DNA from: an uncultured Chloroflexia bacterium
GTDB taxonomy: Bacteria; Chloroflexota; Limnocylindria; Limnocylindrales; CSP1-4
Assembly (NCBI GenBank): GCA_963752475.1
Contig: CAVVYR010000006.1
Location: 768,001-832,000, forward strand
Direction of reading: 5' to 3'
Length of the DNA: 64,000 nucleotides
Below the pieces are notes generated by a model. That model did not search any database. It had not been told where the DNA came from and saw only the letters and a list, made by a program, of their open reading frames with translations. The position numbers were made by a program, and so were the translations under genes. The number at the start of each line of letters is the position of its first letter. The stretch's first letter is position 1. Below, in pieces: positions 1 through 12,870 of the stretch.

Positions 1-857
1 TTGCGTGCCCGGGACTCGCGCGCCTTCGTGACCGAGACCGGCTCCTCGGCGGCCGCGAGGGGGGCCTCGTCCTTGTTGCCGCGGGCGGCGACCACGCTGG
101 CCTCCAGCACCGCCATCAGGTCGGTCAGCTTGCTCGGCTCGGGCTCGGGCGCGGCAGCCTCGACGGGCTGGCCGGCGACCTTGCTGTCGATGACCTTCAG
201 CAGGGCCTCCCGGTACTCGTCCTTGTAGCGCGAGGCATCGAACTCGCCCGTGAGCGTCTCGACGAGCTGGCGAGCCATGGCCACCTCGGCCGGCTTGAAC
301 TCCTCTTTCTCTTCTGGGATGTCGAGATCGCCCGCATCGCGGACCTCGTCCGGCCAGTAGAGGGTGGAGAGCAGCATCGTCGTGCCGAACGGGTCGAGCG
401 AGGCAAGGACCTCGCGGTCCTTGAGCACGATCTTGCAGACGGCCTGGAGCTCACTCTCGGCGAGCACGCTCTTGAGCAGGCTGAAGGCCTTGCGTCCCAC
501 CGGCTCCGGCTCGAGGTAGTAGGACTGCTTGACGAAGCGTGCGCCGGGGTCTTCTCGACGCGAGGGCACGAACTGCTCGATCTCGATGGTGCGAACGGTC
601 TTGAGCGGCACGGCCTCGAAGTCGTTCTCCTCGAGGACGACGTACTGGCCCTTGGACCACTCATACCCGCGGACGGTGTCAGAGCGCTTGATCTCTCCGT
701 GTTCGGGGCAATGCACCTTCATCTGGATGCGCTTGTGGTCCTCGGCGTGGAGCATGTTGAAGGAGAGACCTCCTCGCGATTCGGTCGCAAGGAAAAGCCG
801 GACGGGGATCGTGACGAGGCCGAACTGGATCGCGCCGCGCCACATCGAGCGTGGCAT
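1..857 (-). CDS. ku: Ku protein (NHEJ DNA end-binding); 3' end runs off window
   Basis: Manual minus-strand translation from ATG 857: MPRSMWRGAIQFGLVTIPVRLF...VRGYEWSKGQYVVL...YYLEP...LYWPDEVR...YKDEYREALLKVID, which are bacterial Ku motifs. Absent from the ORF track because there is no stop in the window. Confidence 0.93.
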   Translation of the reverse strand, partial: MPRSMWRGAIQFGLVTIPVRLFLATESRGGLSFNMLHAEDHKRIQMKVHCPEHGEIKRSDTVRGYEWSKGQYVVLEENDFEAVPLKTVRTIEIEQFVPSRREDPGARFVKQSYYLEPEPVGRKAFSLLKSVLAESELQAVCKIVLKDREVLASLDPFGTTMLLSTLYWPDEVRDAGDLDIPEEKEEFKPAEVAMARQLVETLTGEFDASRYKDEYREALLKVIDSKVAGQPVEAAAPEPEPSKLTDLMAVLEASVVAARGNKDEAPLAAAEEPVSVTKARESRAR

Positions 858-984
858 TCCACGACTCCTGCTGCGTTTGACGTGCTCCGCTGGGTGCGGG
901 CCGAAAGCATAGCGCTGTGCTCCTCTTATGCCTAGAGGACCGTCGGCGAGGCGCAAGGAGGATGCGCGCTATGCTGCTTGACCG

Positions 985-1770
985 ATGGTGCTGAGACGGT
1001 TCCTCGCCTGGTCGCTCACGGCCGCCGCTGTGTTGGCGTTGACGGCCTGTGCGTCGGGCGATGCCGCGGCCCCGTCTCCGGAGGGCACGAGCACACCGAG
1101 CTCGGAGCCAGCGGCCGAGGCTGGTGACGACGCGACCGTGGCCGCCGAGACCGCGGTCAAGCAGCGCTACCGCATCGTCTTCCTGGGTGATTCCTATACC
1201 GTCGGTGTCGGCACGGACGCTCCGCGTCGCGACAGCTGGCCGGCCCAGCTGACAGCCGCGTTGAACCAGCGTGCCGACGTGCGCATCACGCCCTACAACC
1301 TGGCGCAGGAGAGCCACCCCAGCATCCAGGTGCTCGACGAGCAGGTGGACGACGTGGCCGGGTACGAGCCCGACGTGGTCACGCTACAGGTGGGGCTGAA
1401 CGACATCGTGAGCCACGATGACGGCTACGCGGACAACGTCGCGGCCATCCTCGACGAACTCCTGCTGGTCGTCGACTCCGAGCGTATCTTCGCCATCACG
1501 ACGCCGGACCACACGCTCACAGACTGGGGGCGTGAGCGTGGTTCGAGTGAAGCCGTAGCCGAGCACAACGCCAGCCTCGTCGAGGAGGCCGAGGCACGCG
1601 GCATCACGGTCATCGACATCGGACCGGTGAACGAGCGCATCGCTCTGGACGGAGATCTGCTGGTGCAGGCCAGCCCACCGGCGCCGTACCCCACCGCCAA
1701 GCAGTACGCCGGCTGGGCCGAGCTCATCGGGCCGTACGTCTACGATGCGCTGATGAGCATCGAGCCGTAG
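985..1770 (+). CDS. SGNH/GDSL hydrolase family lipoprotein
   Basis: Lipobox LTAC, block I FLGDSY, block III QVGLND; TATGCT -10 at 970-975. Confidence 0.8.
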   Translation: MVLRRFLAWSLTAAAVLALTACASGDAAAPSPEGTSTPSSEPAAEAGDDATVAAETAVKQRYRIVFLGDSYTVGVGTDAPRRDSWPAQLTAALNQRADVRITPYNLAQESHPSIQVLDEQVDDVAGYEPDVVTLQVGLNDIVSHDDGYADNVAAILDELLLVVDSERIFAITTPDHTLTDWGRERGSSEAVAEHNASLVEEAEARGITVIDIGPVNERIALDGDLLVQASPPAPYPTAKQYAGWAELIGPYVYDALMSIEP

Positions 1771-1784
1771 TACGCTTGGAGGCA

Positions 1785-1841
1785 CTTGCCGATCCGGTCC
1801 CGTGAGGCCGGAAGCCCGGTCCCGTGAGGCCAGCAAGGAGG
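1785..1841 (+). promoter_or_regulatory. Tandem PyrR-type binding loops in carA leader overlapping the RBS
   Basis: 16-nt direct repeat CCGGTCCCGTGAGGCC at 1794-1809 and 1816-1831 matches the GUCCNGNGAGGC PyrR loop. CTTGC (1785-1789) can pair with GCAAG (1833-1837), which overlaps the SD AAGGAGG. Confidence 0.7.
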
Positions 1842-1851
1842 AAGCCTGACC

Positions 1852-3023
1852 ATGTCCGTCGGTGCGCCGCGCGTCGCGCCTGCCATCCCTCTGCCCGCAG
1901 ACGCCGTCGTCGACCCCCGTATCGGTAGCAGGGGTCCCTGCCTGCTTGCGCTCGAGGACGGAACCGTCTTCGGTGGCGTGGCCTTCGGTTCCGACCGCCA
2001 TGGCGGTGGGGACCTCGTCGTCAACACCTCGCAGACCGGCTACCAGGAGGTCTGCACCGACCCCAGCTATGCCGGTCAGGTCGTGGTCATGACCTATCCG
2101 CTGATCGGCAATCACGGTCGCTTCGCCGATGACGACCAATCGGAGCGACCCTGGCTCAACGGGCTCATCGTCGGCCACGCGACAGCAGCCGTCCTTGGCC
2201 AGGCCCGCCAGATCGTGCACCTGCTGCGCTCGTGGGGCGTGCCGGCCATGGCCGGGCTGGACACGCGCAGCCTCGCTCGCCACCTCCGGGAGAGCGGGTC
2301 GCTGCGTGGCGTCATCACCGCCCCCGGCGAGACCGACCCGGAAGCCGCGGTGGCAGCCGCTCGCGCCGTCCCGGTGTGGGAGGAGCAGGACTTCGTCTCG
2401 CAGGTCTCGGCCGCGTCGCCGTACGAAGTCGGTGACCGCGGGCCGGTCGTGGCCGTCATCGACCTGGGTCTCAAGGCGAACATCGTCCGCTCGCTGCGCA
2501 AGCGTGGCGCCCGGGTACGCATCCTGCCGCACACGGCCACTGCCGAGCAGGTGCTGCGGCCGGACATCGACGGCGTCGTCATCTCCCCCGGTCCCGGCGA
2601 CCCGGGCATGCTGGATGCGCAGGTGGCGCTGGCCAGGGCCGTCATCGAGGATGGTCGGCCGCTCCTCGGCATCTGCCTGGGGCATCAGATCGTGGCCCGT
2701 GCTGCCGGCGCCCGCACCCAGCGCTTGCGCTTCGGCCACCACGCCGCCAATCATCCCGTGCGTGACGAGGTTTCCGGTCGCGTCACGGTGACCGCCCAGA
2801 ACCACGAGGTGGAGGTCGTCGCCGACTCGCTGCCCGATGACGGTGGCTTCTATGTCAGCCAGCGCAACCTCAACGATGGGACCGTGGAAGGGTTGCGAAA
2901 CCACGGGCTACCCATCGAGACCGTGCAGTACCACCCGGAAGGCTCGCCGGGGCCGCTCGACGCGGCCGAGGTCTTCGATCGCTTCCTGGGCCACGTGCGG
3001 GCCTACGCGCACCCGGTGACCGC

Positions 3024-3027
<4 letters not shown>
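1852..3027 (+). CDS. carA: Carbamoyl-phosphate synthase small subunit
   Basis: NTSQTGYQEVCTDPSYAGQ, SPGPGDP, GICLGHQ, QNH and QYHPE motifs. Confidence 0.96.
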
Positions 3028-6459
<3,432 letters not shown>

Positions 6460-6467
<8 letters not shown>

Positions 6468-6963
6468 CCCCCGGCTCGCGGACCTACCCACGGACGCACT
6501 GGTGCTGCTGGTCGGTCCCTCCGGTGCGGGCAAATCGACGTGGGCGGCGGCGCACTTCGCTGGCTCCGAGATCCTTTCGTCGGACGCGTTCCGCGAGCTG
6601 GTCGCCGGCGACCCGGCCGACCAGTCGGCCACGGGTGACGCCTTCAAGGCGCTGCACCAGGTGGCGAAGGCACGCCTGCGCCGCGGCCTGCGTACGATCG
6701 TGGACGCCACCAACCTGACCGAGGGTGCTCGGCGCTCCCTGCTGCGGCGCGCAGCCCACGCCGGACGGCCGGCGATCGCTATCGCCTTCGACGTGTCTCT
6801 TGAGCGATGCCTGCGGCAGAACGCCACGCGCGAGGACCGTTCGGTGCCGGAAGTGGTCATCCACCAGCATCACCGTGCCCTCAGAAACACCCTTGAGCGA
6901 CTGCCTGCGGAGGGGTTCGTCGGCATCGTACGGGTGCACGACGCCGACATCGACGCGCCGTGA
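6460..6963 (+). CDS. AAA_33/polynucleotide kinase-like P-loop kinase
   Basis: GPSGAGKST, SSDAFR, IVDATN and RNxxR..VP motifs. Confidence 0.85.
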
Positions 6964-7024
6964 CTCGGTATGGTTCGAGACGTGGTCGCCGCAGTGGGGA
7001 TCCGATGGAGGAGGAGGTGCGCTC

Positions 7025-8071
7025 GTGCAGATCGAGCTCCAGGATACCGGCGGTGACGTAGCAGCTATCGGTATCGTGTTGGTGGCGGTGCTGATCGGCC
7101 TGGCCATCCACTGGGTCTCATGGCAGATCGTCATCCGCATCGTCATGCGCACGGACGTGAGGCTCGACGAATACGTCGTCCAGCGCACGCGCAACCCCAT
7201 GCGCCTGCTCGTCGTGCTGGCCGCAGTGCTGGTCTCGACGTTGCTGATGGGCGAGGAGGCTGCAGACCTGGTGCGTCGCGTGGTCATCTTCATCGGCATC
7301 ATCGCGCTCGGCTGGCTCGCCGTGTCGCTGACCCTCGTGGGGCAGGACATGGCTGCCGATCGCTTTCCTGACGAAGTCGATGATCTCGAGGCCCGCCAGG
7401 TCCGCACCCAGCTGGCCGTGCTGCAGCGGTTCGGCTCGGTCATCATCTGGCTGCTGGCAGTGGCGATCGCGCTGCTGACCATCCCCGGGGTACAGCCGCT
7501 GGCAGCCAGCCTCCTGGCCGGAGCCGGCGTCCTTGGGATCGTGCTCGGCGTGGCCGCCGGCCCGCTCATCGGCAACCTCATCGCCGGGATCCAGATCGCC
7601 TTCACCCAGCCCATCAAGATCGGCGACGTGGTCGTCATCGAAGGCGAGTGGGGCCGCATCGGCGAGATCACCGTCGCCTATGCGGTGGTATACATCTGGG
7701 ACAAGCGACGGCTCATCGTGCCGCTTTCGGACATCGTCAACAAGCCCGTCGAGAATTGGACCCGGCAGACGACTGATCTGCTGGCGACCGTGAGCTTCCC
7801 CCTCGACTACCGGGCCCCCGTTGAAGCCATCCGCACGGAGTTCAAGCGGATCCTCGACGAGTCGGGCATGTGGGACGGGGAAGCCTGGTCCGTGCTGGTC
7901 ACCGACAACGACGACCGCTCCATGGTGGTGCGCGTGCTCTTCAGTGCGCCTGACTCGGGCAACGCCTGGGATCTCCGCTGTCTGGTGCGCGAGAGGCTGA
8001 TCGGTTTCCTGCAGGCTCATCATCCTGATGCCCTGCCGGTGGCGCGGGAGATCCAGTACCAGCCCGAGTAG
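7025..8071 (+). CDS. MscS family mechanosensitive channel
   Basis: TM helices; NLIAGIQIAFTQPIKIGDVVVIEGEWGRI, WD.RRLIVP and ENWTR motifs; GTG start after GGAGGAGG. Confidence 0.9.
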   Translation: MQIELQDTGGDVAAIGIVLVAVLIGLAIHWVSWQIVIRIVMRTDVRLDEYVVQRTRNPMRLLVVLAAVLVSTLLMGEEAADLVRRVVIFIGIIALGWLAVSLTLVGQDMAADRFPDEVDDLEARQVRTQLAVLQRFGSVIIWLLAVAIALLTIPGVQPLAASLLAGAGVLGIVLGVAAGPLIGNLIAGIQIAFTQPIKIGDVVVIEGEWGRIGEITVAYAVVYIWDKRRLIVPLSDIVNKPVENWTRQTTDLLATVSFPLDYRAPVEAIRTEFKRILDESGMWDGEAWSVLVTDNDDRSMVVRVLFSAPDSGNAWDLRCLVRERLIGFLQAHHPDALPVAREIQYQPE

Positions 8072-8134
8072 CGTCGGGCTGCGGCTTCCCCGCTAGGATT
8101 GCACGATGCCCAACGTCGTCATCGTGGTGCCGTC

Positions 8135-9424
8135 GTGAGTGACGCCGCCCACGTCCGCTTCAGTCAGCACACCCTCAGCAACGGCCTGCGCGTGATCGTC
8201 GCGCCCGATCGGGTGGCCCCGGTGGTGGCCATCAACCTTTGGTACGACGTGGGGTCGAAGCACGAGCAACCCGGCAAGACCGGCTTTGCCCACCTCTTCG
8301 AGCACTTCATGTTCCAAGGCAGCCGTCACGTGGCCAAGGCCGAGCACCTCTCGATCGTGCAGGGTGCCGGCGGCGTGCTCAACGCGACCACCTACTTCGA
8401 CCGCACCAACTACTTCGAGACGCTGCCGTCCCATCAGGTCGAGCTCGGACTGTGGCTGGAGGCGGACCGCATGGCCACGCTGCTCGACGCCATGAGCCAG
8501 GAGAACCTCGACAACCAGCGAGACGTCGTCAAGAACGAGAAGCGTCAGTCCTATGACAACCGCCCCTATGGCTCGTTCTACGAGAAGCTGATGGCCGCGG
8601 TCTTCCCGCCCGGCCACCCCTACCACCACACGCCCATCGGCTCGATGGAGGATCTTGACGCCGCTTCGCTCGAGGACGTCGAGGCCTTCTTCCGCACCTA
8701 CTACGTGCCCAACAACGCGGTCCTGACCGTGGCCGGCGACGTGGACGAGGCGCCGGTCATCGAGGCGGTCGAGCGCTACTTCGGGCCCATCGAGCCCAAC
8801 GAGCAGTTGCCCGCCTTCCGCCGGCCGCATGACGAGCCCGCCCCGGCCCACCGCGAGGTCGTGCCAGACGACGTACCTCTCGAGCGGGTGCATGTCGGCT
8901 ACCGCTGCCCCGCCTACGGCACGCATGAGTTCGACGCCCTCGAGGTCGCGACCCAGATCTTGGCCGGTGGTCGCGGCAGCCGGCTGCACAAGCGTCTCGT
9001 GCGTGAGGAGCAGGTCGCGCAGGACGTGGCCTTCTTCGTTCTCCCGTTGGTGGCCGGCTCGTCCATCTCGGCCGGCTGGGTCACGGCTCGCCCCGAATCG
9101 GACGCCGCCACGGTGGAGGCCATGCTCGACGAGGAGCTGCTGCGCATGACGCGCGAGCCGGTGACCGACGACGAGCTCGCGCGCGCACACGCGCTCATCG
9201 AATTGAGCGAGCTGTCCGCGCTCTCGCGCATGGACGAGATCGCCGACCGGCTCTCCATGTACACCACCTACTTCGACCGCCCTGAGCTCATCAATGAGCA
9301 GCTCGGTCGCTACCTGGAGGTGGATGCTGAGACCATCCGTGAGGTGTGCGCATCGGTCTTCGGTAGCCATGATCGCGCGACGATCACGTACGTCCCGCGT
9401 GCCAGCGAGGAGGCAGCGGCATGA
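8135..9424 (+). CDS. M16 (pitrilysin-family) zinc peptidase, catalytic subunit
   Basis: GFAHLFEHFMFQGS inverted HxxEH; NATT.FDRTNYFE; VVKNEKR. Confidence 0.92.
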   Translation: MSDAAHVRFSQHTLSNGLRVIVAPDRVAPVVAINLWYDVGSKHEQPGKTGFAHLFEHFMFQGSRHVAKAEHLSIVQGAGGVLNATTYFDRTNYFETLPSHQVELGLWLEADRMATLLDAMSQENLDNQRDVVKNEKRQSYDNRPYGSFYEKLMAAVFPPGHPYHHTPIGSMEDLDAASLEDVEAFFRTYYVPNNAVLTVAGDVDEAPVIEAVERYFGPIEPNEQLPAFRRPHDEPAPAHREVVPDDVPLERVHVGYRCPAYGTHEFDALEVATQILAGGRGSRLHKRLVREEQVAQDVAFFVLPLVAGSSISAGWVTARPESDAATVEAMLDEELLRMTREPVTDDELARAHALIELSELSALSRMDEIADRLSMYTTYFDRPELINEQLGRYLEVDAETIREVCASVFGSHDRATITYVPRASEEAAA

Positions 9425-10824
9425 GCGACTCCCTGAGCGTGCTCGACACGCGACCCGAGCCTGGCCGGCCACGCGATTACGACTTCCCGGACTTCGAGCG
9501 TTCGACCCTCGGGAACGGGTTGACGGTGCTCCAGTGCCACGTGCCTGGCCGGCCCCTGTTGCAGGCCCAGCTGATCGTGCGCGGCGATGCTGGTGGCGGC
9601 GCCACCAGCGAGGACCCCGCACTCGCCGGGGCCACGATGCTTACCGCCCGGGCGATGTCAGAGGGCACGGCCGACCACGACGCGGTCGCCTTCACCGAAG
9701 CGGCCGAACGGCTGGGCGCGGAGATGGGCGCCGGTGCGGGCTGGGACAGCCTGACCGCACACGTCGAGGTGCCAAGGACGCACTTCCCACAGGCCATGTC
9801 CCTCTTCGCGGAGATGGCCTTGCAGCCGGCCTTCCCTGAGCGAGAGGTCGAACGCCTGCGGAACGAGCGTCTCAACGACCTGCGACAGGTCATGGCCGAT
9901 GCACGCCGGCGTGCGGAGAAGGCCTTCCCGGCCACGATCTACGCCCAAGGTGCGGCCTACGCTCGGCCGCTCGGTGGGCTGGAGGAGACGGTCGGACCCA
10001 TCGATAACGAGACGCTCGCGGCGCGCCACACCGCGCTGCTGCGGCCCGAGGCCTCGACGCTCATCGTCTGCGGCGACATCGAAGACCTCGCCGTCGCCGA
10101 CATCGTGGCGGGCGCCTTCGGCTCCTGGATCTCGGATGCCGAGGGCCCGCTCGCACCGACCGCTCCCGATGCGGCCGGCGCAGTGCGACGCGTCGTGCTC
10201 GTGGACCGGCCGGGTGCGCCACAGTCGGAGATCCGCGTGGGTCATGTCGGCACCGGTCGCCGCATCGACGATTTCCACGCGCTCTCGGTGACCAACGCCC
10301 TGCTCGGCGGGCTCTTCAACTCCCGGCTCAACATGCTCCTACGCGAGGAGCGCGGCTACACGTACGGTGTGAACTCGAGTTTCGACATGCGTCGTTCGGC
10401 CGGGCCTTTCGCGGTGCGTTGTGCCGTGGAATCGGATGTGACGGCCCCGGCGGTCGATGACATCATGGCCGAGCTGGCGCGGATCGCGGTCGACCCGGTG
10501 GAAGCGGCGGAGCTGGACGCGGCGCGCGACTACCTCATCGGCGTCTTCCCGCTGCGCTTCGAGACCTCTGCTCAGGTGGCCGGCGCGCTGGCGGGTCTGG
10601 TGGTCCAGGGCCTGCCCGATGACGAGCTCGACCGCTACCGCCCGGCGATCGCGGATGTGAGCGCTGACGATGTGCGAGCGGCTGCCGCCGCCCACATCGA
10701 TCCCGAGCGGGCTTCGATCGTCATCGTCGGTGACGTGACCAAGTTCGAGGAGCCCCTGCGTGAAGCGGGGTACGGCGACGTGGAGATCGTCCAGGATGAC
10801 GGCTATGGCCGCGGCGAAGAGTAG
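9421..10824 (+). CDS. M16 peptidase non-catalytic partner subunit
   Basis: LGGLFNSRLNMLLREERGYTYG (R/Y pair); lacks HxxEH; ATGA overlap. Confidence 0.88.
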   Translation: MSDSLSVLDTRPEPGRPRDYDFPDFERSTLGNGLTVLQCHVPGRPLLQAQLIVRGDAGGGATSEDPALAGATMLTARAMSEGTADHDAVAFTEAAERLGAEMGAGAGWDSLTAHVEVPRTHFPQAMSLFAEMALQPAFPEREVERLRNERLNDLRQVMADARRRAEKAFPATIYAQGAAYARPLGGLEETVGPIDNETLAARHTALLRPEASTLIVCGDIEDLAVADIVAGAFGSWISDAEGPLAPTAPDAAGAVRRVVLVDRPGAPQSEIRVGHVGTGRRIDDFHALSVTNALLGGLFNSRLNMLLREERGYTYGVNSSFDMRRSAGPFAVRCAVESDVTAPAVDDIMAELARIAVDPVEAAELDAARDYLIGVFPLRFETSAQVAGALAGLVVQGLPDDELDRYRPAIADVSADDVRAAAAAHIDPERASIVIVGDVTKFEEPLREAGYGDVEIVQDDGYGRGEE

Positions 10825-10836
10825 GGAGGCCGTTCG

Positions 10837-11481
10837 ATGATCGTGGTCCTTGGACGCCCTCGCGTCTACCGTCCCGAACCTGATGGTGATCTCGCCCCCG
10901 GCGGCTTGGCCGTGGAGCTGGCCCTGGCCGCAGCTCGTGAAGAGGCCGAGGTAGAGCTCGTCGGGGCTATCGGTGATGACCCCGAGGGTGATCGCATCGT
11001 GGTCGAGCTGGGCCGCGGTGGGGTCGGACACTCCGCCCTGATGCGCGACCCTGCTACTCGCACGCCGCTCATCACGCAGCCGCGTGAGGCCAGGCCGTTG
11101 CCAAGGCTCGAAGCCGCCGACGTCGAGATGGGCATGCGCTATATGCGGGAGTGCCGGGTGCTGGTCATCAGCGCCGAGCTCGATCCCGAGGCCCTGGCCA
11201 AGGCCCAGGAGATGGCCGAGTACCACGGCGCGGCGGTGGTCATGATCGCCAACGTCGGCACCGTCGACCCCACGTTGCTGGGCGATGCAGTCACGCTGCT
11301 CGAGCGACCCGTGGCCGAGGACGACGAATCAGTCGAGGACGCGCTCGTGGTGGCCGCGGACGACGCGGACTTCGGCGCCTTCGTGGCTGAGTACGCCGTG
11401 CGGCTCGATCGTGGTGAAGCACCCGCCCAGGCGTTCGCGGCTGCGCTCGGCGAGAGCGCCTGGGAACCGTCGAGTGATTGA
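10837..11481 (+). CDS. Short, degenerate PfkB-like protein
   Basis: N-terminal GG.A..A.....LVGAIGDDPEGD PfkB signature; C-terminal GAGD replaced by ADDAD. Confidence 0.6.
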   Translation: MIVVLGRPRVYRPEPDGDLAPGGLAVELALAAAREEAEVELVGAIGDDPEGDRIVVELGRGGVGHSALMRDPATRTPLITQPREARPLPRLEAADVEMGMRYMRECRVLVISAELDPEALAKAQEMAEYHGAAVVMIANVGTVDPTLLGDAVTLLERPVAEDDESVEDALVVAADDADFGAFVAEYAVRLDRGEAPAQAFAAALGESAWEPSSD

Positions 11482-12634
11482 GGATCCGCTGGACCAGCCG
11501 ATCCTGGTGTGGGGGGAGGCGCTCCGCGACTACGACTTCGGGCCCGGCCATCCGCTGACGCCCAAGCGCTTCGGCCCCGGCGTGGACCTGCTGCGAGCCG
11601 TCGGCGCCGAGCGCATCGTGGAGCCGGAGGGAGCCTCCGACGAGCGATTGCTGCGGCTGCATGCCCAGCACTACGTCGAGCAGGTCCGTTCGTTCTCCGA
11701 CCATCCCTGGCAGCCCGCCGCCATGGGCATCGGATCGCAGGATGTACCCGCGTTCCACGGTATGCACGAGGTCTCCGCGCTCGTGGCTGGAGGCTCCATC
11801 GGCGCTGTCGAGCGCATCCTCGCGGGAGAAGCCGACCACGCCTTCTCGCCGGCAGGCGGACTGCACCACGCCATGCGCACCCGTGCCGCTGGCTTCTGTG
11901 TCTACAACGACGTGGCCCTGGCCGTGGCCCGGGCGCGGGATGCCGGACACCGGGTGCTCTACATCGACCTCGACGTCCACCACGGTGACGGCGTGGAGGC
12001 CCTCTTCCACGACGACCCGGAGGTACTCACCTTCTCGGTCCACGAGTCGGGTCGTTCGCTCTTCCCGGGAACCGGCATGGTCGACGATATCGGCGAGGGC
12101 AAGGGACAGGGCTTCGCCGTGAACGCGCCGCTCGATCACGGGGTCGGCGACGAGTCCTGGTGGACGGTCGTGGATCAGATGCTGCCAGTGCTCGCAGACA
12201 TGTTCAAGCCATCATTCATCGTGTCGCAGCACGGCTGCGACACCCATGCCCTCGACCCGCTGGCGCATCTGCGGCTGACCACCGCCTCGTACCGGCGGGC
12301 TACGGAGCTGGTGGACAAGCTGGCCCATGAGCACGCCGACGGGCGCTGGTTGGCCACCGGCGGCGGCGGCTACGATGCCTTCCGCGTTGTGCCTCGCTCG
12401 TGGGCGCTGGTGTGGCTGGCGCAGGCACATCGCGAGGTGCCGGCCAAGACGCCGGCCGAGTGGCGGGAGCGCTGGGCCGACGCCGCGGAGGCATTCGGAC
12501 AGGGCCCCATGCCCGTCGAGCTCGTGGATCCGCCCCGTACGGTCGCACCCGACCCCGATGTCATCGTCGCGCGTGAGCTCAAGCGCGCGCGAGAGTCGAT
12601 GATGCAGTCCTTGCGCCTGCAGGCGAGCTGCTAG
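11474..12634 (+). CDS. acuC: AcuC/histone-deacetylase family protein
   Basis: YDFGPGHPL, GGLHHA, GFCVYND, DLDVHHGDG, GCDTHALDPL and GGGGY motifs. Confidence 0.9.
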   Translation: MIEDPLDQPILVWGEALRDYDFGPGHPLTPKRFGPGVDLLRAVGAERIVEPEGASDERLLRLHAQHYVEQVRSFSDHPWQPAAMGIGSQDVPAFHGMHEVSALVAGGSIGAVERILAGEADHAFSPAGGLHHAMRTRAAGFCVYNDVALAVARARDAGHRVLYIDLDVHHGDGVEALFHDDPEVLTFSVHESGRSLFPGTGMVDDIGEGKGQGFAVNAPLDHGVGDESWWTVVDQMLPVLADMFKPSFIVSQHGCDTHALDPLAHLRLTTASYRRATELVDKLAHEHADGRWLATGGGGYDAFRVVPRSWALVWLAQAHREVPAKTPAEWRERWADAAEAFGQGPMPVELVDPPRTVAPDPDVIVARELKRARESMMQSLRLQASC

Positions 12635-12870
12635 GCAGAACCATCTTGGCGAAGTAGCGAGAAAGGCGGCAGTTCGACCCGGGATGCCCCGACGAGTCGC
12701 CGGTTGTCGACGTCGCAACGCTGCGGATCGAGCTCAGCGCGATTTGCGAAGTGCTGGCCAGCACGGCCCTCGACCCGGGCGCGGTGGTGGTGCCTGGAAT
12801 CAGCGAGCTTCAGATCCGTCGGCGGTGGCGGCCCCGAGCGATGGGGATACGCATCGGCCAGAATGGGCAG

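Noticed and set aside
1794-1831. Direct repeat as a mini-CRISPR
   Set aside because: Only two 16-nt copies with a 6-nt gap and no cas genes; better explained as PyrR loops.
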